Assembly (NCBI GenBank): GCA_013001465.1
Contig: JABDMM010000076.1
Coordinates: 97-64,096 of the forward strand
Source of the DNA: Chitinophagales bacterium
GTDB lineage: Bacteria > Bacteroidota > Bacteroidia > Chitinophagales > JABDMM01
Length of the DNA: 64,000 nt
Direction of reading: 5' to 3'
Part shown: piece by piece, positions 1-9,975 of the stretch
Layout: every line of letters starts with the position of its first letter
How positions within the stretch are numbered: the first letter of the stretch is position 1
Position numbers and translations under genes: made by a program
The notes under the pieces: model-generated
Database searches by the model: none
Told to the model about the DNA's origin: nothing
What the model saw: the letters and a program-made list of their open reading frames with translations, nothing else

Positions 1-3000
1 CTGGCACTTTCTGAAACACATACAGACGTCTCCTGTAACGGAGGTTCTGATGGATCTATTGATATTACACCTTCCGGGGGAACCGGGCCTTTTACCTATG
101 ATTGGGACCACATCGTAGGTACTGATGATGGTGAAGATGTCAATACACTTGCTGCAGGTACTTATAATATCACCGTTACCGATGCCAATTCCTGCACTGC
201 AACTTCATCCGTGGTGATCACTGAACCAGCAGTGCTGGCTCTTTCTGAAACACACACCGATGTCTCCTGTAACGGGGGATCTGATGGAAGTATCGATATC
301 ACACCTTCCGGTGGAACCGGACCGTTTGCCTATGATTGGGACCACATCGTAGGAACAGATGATGGGGAAGATGTAAACACGCTTGCTGCAGGAACTTATA
401 ATGTGACGGTCACCGATGCCAACTCTTGTACTGCTTCAAACTCAATTGTAATTACAGAACCAGCAGTGCTGGCACTTTCTGAAACACATACAGACGTCTC
501 CTGCAACGGAGGATCCGATGGTAGCATAGACATCACCCCTTCCGGTGGAACCGGACCGTTTACCTATGATTGGGACCACATCGTAGGAACTGATGATGGC
601 GAGGATGTCAATACGCTTGCTGCCGGTACTTATAATGTTACCGTCACCGATGCCAACTCGTGTGCTGCTTCCAATTCAGTCGTGATCACAGAACCAGCAG
701 TACTGGCGCTCTCAGAAACACATACGGATGTCTCCTGCAACGGAGGATCTGACGGATCTATCGATATCACACCTTCCGGTGGAACCGGACCTTTTACCTA
801 TGATTGGGACCACATTGTAGGAACTGATGATGGTGAAGATGTTAATACGCTTGCTGCCGGTACTTATAATGTCACCGTCACCGATGCCAATTCGTGTACT
901 GCGGCTTCTTCGGTAGTGATCACAGAACCAGCAGTACTGGCACTTTCTGAAACACATACTGATGTCTCCTGTAACGGAGGTTCTGATGGTAGCATAGAAA
1001 TTACTCCTTCCGGGGGAACCGGACCGTTTACTTATGATTGGGACCACATCGTAGGAACTGATGATGGAGAGGATGTCAACACCCTAACCGCAGGAACTTA
1101 TAACGTCACTATAACCGATGCGAATTCGTGTACTGCTAATACTTCAGTCGTAATCACTGAACCTGCCGTACTGGCGCTTTCCGAAACGCATACCGATGTC
1201 TCCTGTAACGGCGGTTCTGATGGATCAATTGATATTACACCTTCCGGCGGAACCGGGCCTTTTACCTATGATTGGGACCATATCGTAGGTACTGATGATG
1301 GAGAAGATGTGAATACCCTTGCTGCCGGTACTTATAATGTCACCGTTACCGATGCCAACTCCTGTACTGCTGCTTCTTCAGTCGTGATCACAGAACCGGG
1401 AACTGCTTTAGGATTATCTGAAACGCACACTGATGTTTCTTGTAATGCTGGATCCGATGGATCTATAGATATCACGACATCCGGTGGAACTGCTCCTTAT
1501 ACTTATGATTGGAATCACATTGCAGGTACGGATGATGGAGAGGATGTCAATACTCTCACTGCCGGAATTTATGATGTGACTGTTACAGACAATAACTCTT
1601 GTACAGCTATGACTTCGATAGTCATTACTGAACCTGCGGTATTAGCGCTTTCTGAATCGCATACAAACGTCTCTTGCAACGGGGGATCTGATGGGTCTAT
1701 CGATATTACAACAAGCGGTGGGACCGGGCCTTTTACCTATGATTGGGACCATATTGTCGGAACTGATGATGGTGAAGATGTCAATACACTTTCAATCGGA
1801 ACTTATAATGTTACTGTTACAGATGCGAATTCTTGTACAGCTGCTCAATCGGTCTTCATTACTGAACCGGCTGCTCTTGGAGTAAGCGAAACTCACATCG
1901 ATGTTTCTTGTAATGGAGGCAACGATGGAAGTATAAATTTAACACCATCTGGAGGTACGGCTCCATTCACTTATGATTGGAGTCATATTGTTGGAACAGA
2001 TGATGGAGAGGATGTCAATACACTTTCTGCAAGTAGCTATGGAGTAACAGTAACAGATGCTAATTCATGTACTGTGAGTTTATCAGTTATAATTACCGAA
2101 CCAGGTGCGGCCTTAAGTATATCAGAAACTCATATTAATGTATCATGCAATGGGGGATCAGATGGAAGCATAGATATAACAACTTCAGGAGGAACACCAG
2201 CATACACTTATGATTGGAGCCATATTGTGGGAACAGACGATGGAGAGGATGTTAATACTCTCTCGGCAGGAACTTACATTGTTACAGGAACTGATGCAAA
2301 TTCTTGTACTGTTTCTTCTTCAATCGTCATAACTGAACCTGCAGTTCTAGCCTTGACAGAAACTCATATTAATGCATCATGTAATGGAGATTCAGATGGT
2401 AGTATTGATATAACACCTTCAGGTGGAACCGGACCTTTTACTTATGATTGGGACCATATTGTTGGAACTGATGATGGAGAAGACGTAAACACTCTGGCTG
2501 CTGGGACTTATAATGTAACTGTGACTGATGCTAACTCTTGTATAGCATCAGCATCTGTTGTGATAACTGAACCTGCTGTACTCAGTCTTAGTGATACTCA
2601 TGTAGACGTTTCTTGTAATGGAGGATCTGATGGATCTATTGATATCACTCCTTCAGGTGGGACCGGACCTTTTACATATGACTGGGATCATATTGTTGGT
2701 ACTGATGATGGTGAAGATGTTAGCTCACTTTCAATTGGAACATATAATGTAACCGTCACAGACGCCAATTCATGTACAGCCAATATAGCTGTCGCAATCA
2801 ATGAGCCTGCAGTTCTTGGTCTCACTGAAACTCATGCTGATGTCTCCTGCAGCGGAGGATCCGATGGATCTATCGATATTACACCTTCCGGTGGAACCGG
2901 ACCTTTCACCTATGATTGGGACCACATTGTCGGAACTGATGACGGTGAAGATGTTGGTGCGCTTTCAGCTGGATCATTCGATGTTACCGTGACAGATGCT

Positions 3001-6000
3001 AACTCATGTACAGCTACAATTTCAGTGACGATAAATGAACCCTCTATACTTACATTATCTGAAACTCATATAGATGTCTCCTGTAACGGAAGATCAGATG
3101 GAAGCATTGATCTCACTGTATCGGGAGCAACTTCTCCTTATACTTATGATTGGGATCATATTGCCGGATCAAGTAACTCTGAAGATGTGACAACCCTCGT
3201 TGCCGGTACTTACACTGTAACGGTAACTGATAATAACAGCTGCTCTGATAGCTTATCAATTACCATTACACAACCAGCAACTCTTTTGATTACAGAGACT
3301 CACACTCATGTTTCTTGCAACGGATTTGGCGATGGTAGTATCGATGTCACAACAACTGGTGGTACTTTAGCTTATACTTATGATTGGAGTCATATTGCTG
3401 GAACAGATGATGGAGAGGATGTGAGTTCTTTAACTCCAGCAACATACAATGTAACAGTTACTGATAACAATGGATGCACTGCTGCAACTTTTGCAGCTAT
3501 TACCGAACCAGCAACTCTTACACTCAGCGAAACACATATTAATGTTTCATGTAACGGCAACAGCGACGGGAGTATCAATGCGACAACAAGTGGTGGGATT
3601 GCTCCATTTACTTATGATTGGGATCACATCGGTGGAAGTAACAACGGTGAAGATGTAAGCGGACTTTCAGCCGGAACATACAACATGACCGTAACAGATA
3701 ACAATGGTTGTACTGCATCTTTGAGCGTTAACGTCACAGAACCAGCTGTTCTGGCAGTTGGAGAGACTCACGTTAATGTTTCATGTAATGGTCTTTCAGA
3801 CGGAAGCGTCGACATTACCGCTTCTGGTGGCACGACAGCTTACACCTACGATTGGGCACATATTGCAGGCACAAATGACATTGAGGATCTGATCAATATC
3901 ACAGCTGGATCTTACACTGTTACAGTTACAGATGCAAATAGTTGCACGGTATCTCGAACGATCGTTGTAACGGAACCGGCGGTACTTGTGTTAAATGAGA
4001 GTCATGTTGACGTTTCCTGTAATGGATATGATGATGCAACGATTGATCTTACGCCTACTGGAGGAACAGCGCCATTCACATACGATTGGGCTCATATTGT
4101 TGGAACAGATGATGGTGAGGACCTGTCCGCTCTTGCACCTGGAACCTATGATGTAACGGTGACCGATGCCAACGGATGTACGGATAACCAGTCCATTGTT
4201 ATCAACGAACCAGCGATTCTTACTATCACTGAAACTCATCAGGACGTAACTTGTAACGGTGCATCGAATGGAGGCATTGATGTTACCCCGGCTGGTGGAA
4301 CAACTCCCTATACTTATGACTGGTCGCATATTGCTGGATCAAATGATGGTGAAGATGCCTCAACAATATCTGCTGGTACTTACAGAGTTACAATAACCGA
4401 TGCAAATGGCTGTAAAGATTCGCTTACTGTCATCATTACACAACCTCCTGCTCTGACTTTATCTGAAACCCATTCGAATGTACTTTGTAATGGGCAAGCA
4501 AATGGAAGTATCGATATTACTGTTGGTGGTGGAGTTCCATCTTATACCTTCGATTGGGATAATGATGGTACTGGAGATAACGATGATACAGAAGATCTGT
4601 CAGGATTAGTAGCGAATACATATAGTGTTACTGTGACAGATCAAAATTCATGTACGATCTCACAAAGTATAAATGTCACTCAACCGGCTGTACTCACAAT
4701 TACAATGAGTAAAACGAACACTACATGTGTTTCTCTCAGCGATGGCACAGCAACAGCGACCCCAGCTGGAGGAACAACTCCCTATTCATATCTGTGGTCT
4801 ACAACTGGAACCACTCAGACTATAACCAACCTTACAGCTGGCTGGTACTATGTGACCGTTACCGATACCAATGGATGTACAAATCAAGACTCAATTGAGA
4901 TCCCATTTATTCCTCTGTTAACAGTAAATACATTTGTGGTTTCAAACTACAACGGTGAGGATATCAGTTGTTTTGGGTTTAGCGATGGGTTTGCGGTAGC
5001 TGCTCCTAGCGGTGGTTCATCACCATTCTCATACGCATGGAGTAACGGCGGTTCAGATGCTCTTTTACAAAATGTACCTGATGGAACATATACAGTGACT
5101 GTTACTGATAACAGAGGTTGTACAATGAGTGATGATATTACCTTGAATGAGCCTCCAGCAATGGTAATCTCTTTTGATATCACATCAGATTATTCAGGTC
5201 GGGATATCAGTTGTTTTGGTCGCTCAAATGGATCCGTTGAAGGCTCTGTGACAAATGGGATATCTCCCTATTCATACTCCTGGAGTACCGGTAGTAATTC
5301 CGATTCCATATTTAATATCCCTGCTGGAAATTATACTTTAACTGTTACTGATGACAATGGTTGTACATTGAGCAATAACGTAATACTAACAGAACCGGAT
5401 TCTCTCACCCTGTCATTGCTGGCTTCAGATTATAATGGATATGAAATATCCTGTAAAGATGCAAATGATGGATCATTAACTTCCATTATCAACGGTGGAA
5501 CTTACCCCTTCTTTTATAGCTGGTCAAACGCTTCAAGTGATAGTATTGCCATAAATCTGGTCGATGGTTACTACGAACTTACGTTAACAGACAATAATGG
5601 CTGTACAGCTTTTTCTAACTATATAATGGACGAACCACCGGTTCAAAGTTTCACCGTTTCAACTGCCCCACCCTCCGACTGTGGAGCAAGTGATGGTATT
5701 ATTCTGGTTGATCCTAGTGGTGGAATTGGCCAATACCAATATAGTCTTGATGGATCTACTTACCAAAGCGATAAATTTTTCACAGGTCTTTTAAATGGTA
5801 CCTATAGTGTGTACATGCAAACTTCTTTTGGGACTTGTACGAAAGGTCCTAAAACCGCTATAATTGATGCAGCTGAGACTCCTATAATCGACAACGTTGT
5901 AGTTATTAACCCTACTACTGGAGTTAGTACTGACGGTGGAATTCTGGTTGAAGCAAAAGGTAATGGATTAGCTTTTGAATACAGGCTCAATGGAGTTACT

Positions 6001-6100
6001 GGGTGGCAAAGCAGTAACCTGTTCAGTAGCTTAGTTGTTGGAACTTATACTCTTCAGGTAAGATATGTTTCGACCAATTGCATCGCCACACAATCGATAA
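1..6100 (+). repeat. Intragenic tandem array, 234-bp (78-aa) unit, about 26 copies, increasingly diverged toward the 3' end
   Basis: Unit starts at 1, 235, 469, 703 and 937 (period 234). The first ~6 units are nearly identical in protein. Confidence 0.9.
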
Positions 6101-9100
6101 CTTTAGTTGCGGGAGGAGGAGTTGTTGGCTCACCTAGCTCAAGTCAGATCTGCGCTCAGGGAGTTAATGCGACCGACTTTGTGACAACTTTTTATATACC
6201 GATGCCGGAAAATCAAATCTACACTGCATTTTACAACTTATACTACCCTTCTTGCGGAGGCGCATTAGATGTAACCAACCCAATCATCAGCTATAATTCA
6301 ATTGGGATAGTAGAAAATGGAACGGTGATATATTATGATCACTGGGAAGATGGATATGAAATTAATTTAACATTCCCTATTAATAGTACGACTGAGGTTT
6401 GGGGTGACAACGACACTTCAAATGGAGTTCCACCAGGCTTTACAACAGATTACTTAAGCGCTGGAGATATCATTATACTTCAAAGTAATGTAGACACACT
6501 AACCAGGCAAGCCGTTATTGATTTTGATGGTGGAGATAAATTTGCTTCTAAGGGAGATCTTTACTATTCGAGAATGGTATGGCCTACAGGTCCAAATAGT
6601 TTCCTTGCAGGTGCATCTGAAGTATATCCACAAGCTGAGTGGGGTAATGCGTTTGAGGTTCCTGTTGGGGTGAGTACGAATGTCAATAGTATGTTCGATT
6701 ATGTTGGAGCTACAATCATGGCTTCTGACGATAATACTAGTGTGACAATAATCAATGGAAGTACAACCAACGTTACGCTAAACGAAGGAGAAAGCTACCT
6801 CTTTAATGGTACCTTAAATGCAGGGGCACAAATAAACTCAGACAAACCTATTCAGGTACAGCTAATTACTGGTGATATATGTGCGTCTTATGAGACCAGA
6901 TTCTTCTCCTTAACACCTACAAATACCTGGACAGGCAGCTATTACAATCCGGTTGGTACAAGAGCTGCTGACCAAACTGTCGTACACCTTTATAATCCGA
7001 ATGCAGCATCAATTACGGTAACCGTCGAGCGTCCGGGAGGAATTACTTCAACAGTAAATGTCGCTGCAGGAGGTACCGCTACCACTGTAAGCCCAGATGG
7101 AGAAGGAACTCATATCTATACCACAAATGGTGATGTATTTTATGCATTGGCGACTACAGATGATGGTGGAACCCAGTATGACTGGGGATATGCACTTCTT
7201 CCTTCGCAGTTATTATCAGGCCAAATTACACTTGTAGGATTTGCTCCCGGTGAAAATCCTCTTGCTCCTACGGGAACTAACGCTAACCCAATATGGATAA
7301 CCGGGGATCACCCTACAGGAAGCACGTTTGCAGGAGATACTATCTTGATTTATGTAGATTTTAATGGTGACGGTGGAACCAATACAGATCCTTTCGGAAC
7401 ACAATATGATGTATCATACGTGATCAATGAACTTGAACAATTGAAAATATATGATCCCGATGGTGATCAGACAGGTATGAGAATTTGGGTAGGTGACCTT
7501 AGCGATGCCATCATTGCCGGAGCATACGGACAAGATCCATCTATGGGAGGAACTGAAGCTTCTAAACTAGATCTTGGAACCGGTCTCTTCAATAAAATAC
7601 CTTTTAGTGTTGACTACTGTGTTAATTTGTATACCGATTTCCTCGGAAATGATCTTTATGACGAATGCGATGAGATCATCTATACGATGAAACTGAAAAA
7701 CACGGGTACCCTGCCACTTACAGCAAGCACAATAACCATAAACGATACACTTCCAACTGAACTCACATATATCGAGAATTCAACAAATATTATCACTCAA
7801 AGTGGTGTAACAAATATTCCTGATGATACAACACCGGATTCCCCGTTTCCATTGGATGAAAATGGATATCTTCTCGTACAACTTATACAGCCGGGTGATT
7901 CCATTACGGTCCAATATACAGCGAAAATTGACAAATCGATCTCTGCATCTTTTGTCCAAAACACAATTTTAATAGCCAATGCAAATACCTTTCTGAATCC
8001 TGAGGTTTCTTTTCCGGTGCAGGATCCAGCCCAGGTCTCATTGCTAGGTCTTCTGCCGGATACGACACTCGATTGCTCGGAACCAGTACCAGAGCCACCT
8101 TACCGTGACACATGTCTCTCGAATATATTCTTAGATCAAAAACTATGGACCCTAAACAGCGTCTCGAGTGAAGATACAGCAGCATCAGGAGATGCATCCA
8201 ATGCCTTCGATGGATCTTCTTCTACAAACTGGGTAACAAAGTCAACGGACACCTACCCTCACGAACTAGTAATAGATCTCGGATCGATTGAAACCACACT
8301 TCAGGCATTCAGATACTTTCCGGTTCAGGATTCTGTAGATCCAAGAATTGGTGGGTATGAACTTTATATAAGTGACGATGGTATTAGTTGGGGTGCAGCA
8401 TTAGATAGCGGAAGCTGGGACTCAACTTCCAGCATGAAGTCTATCGATTTGATGGATACCAGTGCGAGATATATTCGCTTAGTTGCGCTCAATGCCGCAG
8501 AAGGTGGAAACCTGGCTGGAGCTGCAGAAATAAATATTCTAGTTTGTGACCAGGATGTGGTGTTTGCAGAATCTTCGACTAAAACCAGCAATGGAAGTTG
8601 CTCAGATATCGAATATACGATTACCAGAGATTGGACCGTGACTAATCATTGTGGGAATACAGCAACTCAAAGCCGTAACATTACTTTCCAGGACACGACA
8701 GCACCAATAGTTTTTGGTATCCCGGCAGATATTACCGTTAAAAAAGATAGTGTCCCTCCTATTCCAAATCTTCTGACAAACGATAACTGCGACACATCTA
8801 TCACTTCAACTGTAGTAGACTCAACCTATATGGTTGGATGTACCACTTTTGTGAAAAGAAAATGGTCCGCCATAGATGTTTGTGGTAACGTATTTAAAGA
8901 CTCACAGCTCATCACAGAGGTAACTTGTGATGAAAATTGTAGTGACGGAATCGACAACGATCTCGATGGTCTTATAGACTGTGCAGATCCTGATTGTTAT
9001 AGAAACTTAAGAGTGAATGCCGGAGTAGATACGACACTCTGTGATGGTGATGCATATACGCTATACGCTATTGGAGAGGGCGGAGATTCGACATACTCCT

Positions 9101-9933
9101 ATGCATGGGATAACGGACTCGGTGCGGGTGCAAGTCAAAGTATTGCACTTTCTGGAACTACTACTTACAACGTGACTGTGACTGATGGGAATAGCTGTAC
9201 TAACACCGATCAGGTTACCATTACAGCTAATACAAACCAATTCACTTCCGTCCTATATAACGATATTGTAGGCAGTGATGATAGTCTAATGCAAAACGAT
9301 GATTCCATAAATGTGTCATATATCGCAGACTTCTTTAACCTTGAAGCGATTACTCTAAACAATAACGGTAGTGTCAAATTTTTACTCACAGGAATGATCA
9401 ATGATACTATTGTCGACAATGGTGGTCCATTTAGATATCCGACTGACTTTGGACCTTTACCTTGGACTGAAGGAACTTACTATCTAACTATATTACTATA
9501 CCCTTTGGATGATGCGAAAGGTAAAATATGCGACTCGCTTACTTATGAATTTTATCTCACAGATGATGAGATTTGTGATGACGGAATAGATAACGACGAT
9601 AATGGCTTAATAGATTGTGCAGATACAAGTTCATGTAGACCAAACAGGCCTTCGGATATAGTTGAAAGTAATGCCATCGTTTGTGAAGGTACAGATGGCG
9701 AAACATATAGTGTCCCGGCTGTTCCCGGTGCAATTTCTTATACGTGGACAGTTCCTGCAGGTGGAACGATTATTTCAGGACAAGGAAGTAATTCCATTGT
9801 TGTAAACTGGACAACTACGGGTGGGGATGTTTGTGTCACAGCATACAATGGTTATTGTACCAGTCTAATACGATGTGAAACCATTACAATCCGGCACAAC
9901 CCGGTTAAACCAATGCAAATATTTCATCGATAA
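1..9933 (+). CDS. Giant SprB-repeat surface adhesin-like protein (5'-truncated); C-terminal IgGFc-binding-like, DUF11-like, F5/8 type C, HYR-like, Cys/Asp and PKD-like modules
   Basis: Frame is open from base 1 (LALSETHTDVSC...) and continuous with the 211..9933 ORF, so the true start lies upstream. About 26 repeats of the pattern C-x-G-x-x-DG-x-I...GGT.PY.Y.W...L.AG.Y.VTVTD.N.C, typical of SprB repeats. Confidence 0.85.
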   Translation: MALSETHTDVSCNGGSDGSIDITPSGGTGPFTYDWDHIVGTDDGEDVNTLAAGTYNITVTDANSCTATSSVVITEPAVLALSETHTDVSCNGGSDGSIDITPSGGTGPFAYDWDHIVGTDDGEDVNTLAAGTYNVTVTDANSCTASNSIVITEPAVLALSETHTDVSCNGGSDGSIDITPSGGTGPFTYDWDHIVGTDDGEDVNTLAAGTYNVTVTDANSCAASNSVVITEPAVLALSETHTDVSCNGGSDGSIDITPSGGTGPFTYDWDHIVGTDDGEDVNTLAAGTYNVTVTDANSCTAASSVVITEPAVLALSETHTDVSCNGGSDGSIEITPSGGTGPFTYDWDHIVGTDDGEDVNTLTAGTYNVTITDANSCTANTSVVITEPAVLALSETHTDVSCNGGSDGSIDITPSGGTGPFTYDWDHIVGTDDGEDVNTLAAGTYNVTVTDANSCTAASSVVITEPGTALGLSETHTDVSCNAGSDGSIDITTSGGTAPYTYDWNHIAGTDDGEDVNTLTAGIYDVTVTDNNSCTAMTSIVITEPAVLALSESHTNVSCNGGSDGSIDITTSGGTGPFTYDWDHIVGTDDGEDVNTLSIGTYNVTVTDANSCTAAQSVFITEPAALGVSETHIDVSCNGGNDGSINLTPSGGTAPFTYDWSHIVGTDDGEDVNTLSASSYGVTVTDANSCTVSLSVIITEPGAALSISETHINVSCNGGSDGSIDITTSGGTPAYTYDWSHIVGTDDGEDVNTLSAGTYIVTGTDANSCTVSSSIVITEPAVLALTETHINASCNGDSDGSIDITPSGGTGPFTYDWDHIVGTDDGEDVNTLAAGTYNVTVTDANSCIASASVVITEPAVLSLSDTHVDVSCNGGSDGSIDITPSGGTGPFTYDWDHIVGTDDGEDVSSLSIGTYNVTVTDANSCTANIAVAINEPAVLGLTETHADVSCSGGSDGSIDITPSGGTGPFTYDWDHIVGTDDGEDVGALSAGSFDVTVTDANSCTATISVTINEPSILTLSETHIDVSCNGRSDGSIDLTVSGATSPYTYDWDHIAGSSNSEDVTTLVAGTYTVTVTDNNSCSDSLSITITQPATLLITETHTHVSCNGFGDGSIDVTTTGGTLAYTYDWSHIAGTDDGEDVSSLTPATYNVTVTDNNGCTAATFAAITEPATLTLSETHINVSCNGNSDGSINATTSGGIAPFTYDWDHIGGSNNGEDVSGLSAGTYNMTVTDNNGCTASLSVNVTEPAVLAVGETHVNVSCNGLSDGSVDITASGGTTAYTYDWAHIAGTNDIEDLINITAGSYTVTVTDANSCTVSRTIVVTEPAVLVLNESHVDVSCNGYDDATIDLTPTGGTAPFTYDWAHIVGTDDGEDLSALAPGTYDVTVTDANGCTDNQSIVINEPAILTITETHQDVTCNGASNGGIDVTPAGGTTPYTYDWSHIAGSNDGEDASTISAGTYRVTITDANGCKDSLTVIITQPPALTLSETHSNVLCNGQANGSIDITVGGGVPSYTFDWDNDGTGDNDDTEDLSGLVANTYSVTVTDQNSCTISQSINVTQPAVLTITMSKTNTTCVSLSDGTATATPAGGTTPYSYLWSTTGTTQTITNLTAGWYYVTVTDTNGCTNQDSIEIPFIPLLTVNTFVVSNYNGEDISCFGFSDGFAVAAPSGGSSPFSYAWSNGGSDALLQNVPDGTYTVTVTDNRGCTMSDDITLNEPPAMVISFDITSDYSGRDISCFGRSNGSVEGSVTNGISPYSYSWSTGSNSDSIFNIPAGNYTLTVTDDNGCTLSNNVILTEPDSLTLSLLASDYNGYEISCKDANDGSLTSIINGGTYPFFYSWSNASSDSIAINLVDGYYELTLTDNNGCTAFSNYIMDEPPVQSFTVSTAPPSDCGASDGIILVDPSGGIGQYQYSLDGSTYQSDKFFTGLLNGTYSVYMQTSFGTCTKGPKTAIIDAAETPIIDNVVVINPTTGVSTDGGILVEAKGNGLAFEYRLNGVTGWQSSNLFSSLVVGTYTLQVRYVSTNCIATQSITLVAGGGVVGSPSSSQICAQGVNATDFVTTFYIPMPENQIYTAFYNLYYPSCGGALDVTNPIISYNSIGIVENGTVIYYDHWEDGYEINLTFPINSTTEVWGDNDTSNGVPPGFTTDYLSAGDIIILQSNVDTLTRQAVIDFDGGDKFASKGDLYYSRMVWPTGPNSFLAGASEVYPQAEWGNAFEVPVGVSTNVNSMFDYVGATIMASDDNTSVTIINGSTTNVTLNEGESYLFNGTLNAGAQINSDKPIQVQLITGDICASYETRFFSLTPTNTWTGSYYNPVGTRAADQTVVHLYNPNAASITVTVERPGGITSTVNVAAGGTATTVSPDGEGTHIYTTNGDVFYALATTDDGGTQYDWGYALLPSQLLSGQITLVGFAPGENPLAPTGTNANPIWITGDHPTGSTFAGDTILIYVDFNGDGGTNTDPFGTQYDVSYVINELEQLKIYDPDGDQTGMRIWVGDLSDAIIAGAYGQDPSMGGTEASKLDLGTGLFNKIPFSVDYCVNLYTDFLGNDLYDECDEIIYTMKLKNTGTLPLTASTITINDTLPTELTYIENSTNIITQSGVTNIPDDTTPDSPFPLDENGYLLVQLIQPGDSITVQYTAKIDKSISASFVQNTILIANANTFLNPEVSFPVQDPAQVSLLGLLPDTTLDCSEPVPEPPYRDTCLSNIFLDQKLWTLNSVSSEDTAASGDASNAFDGSSSTNWVTKSTDTYPHELVIDLGSIETTLQAFRYFPVQDSVDPRIGGYELYISDDGISWGAALDSGSWDSTSSMKSIDLMDTSARYIRLVALNAAEGGNLAGAAEINILVCDQDVVFAESSTKTSNGSCSDIEYTITRDWTVTNHCGNTATQSRNITFQDTTAPIVFGIPADITVKKDSVPPIPNLLTNDNCDTSITSTVVDSTYMVGCTTFVKRKWSAIDVCGNVFKDSQLITEVTCDENCSDGIDNDLDGLIDCADPDCYRNLRVNAGVDTTLCDGDAYTLYAIGEGGDSTYSYAWDNGLGAGASQSIALSGTTTYNVTVTDGNSCTNTDQVTITANTNQFTSVLYNDIVGSDDSLMQNDDSINVSYIADFFNLEAITLNNNGSVKFLLTGMINDTIVDNGGPFRYPTDFGPLPWTEGTYYLTILLYPLDDAKGKICDSLTYEFYLTDDEICDDGIDNDDNGLIDCADTSSCRPNRPSDIVESNAIVCEGTDGETYSVPAVPGAISYTWTVPAGGTIISGQGSNSIVVNWTTTGGDVCVTAYNGYCTSLIRCETITIRHNPVKPMQIFHR

Positions 9934-9975
9934 GCTAATCTGATACGAGTTTAATTTTTCTATTTTTATAGAGCA

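Noticed and set aside
1-4450. Regular repeats as a CRISPR array or diversity-generating retroelement target
   Set aside because: These are 234-bp in-frame coding units without unique spacers. Variation is mostly synonymous and not adenine-specific, and no cas or reverse transcriptase gene is present.
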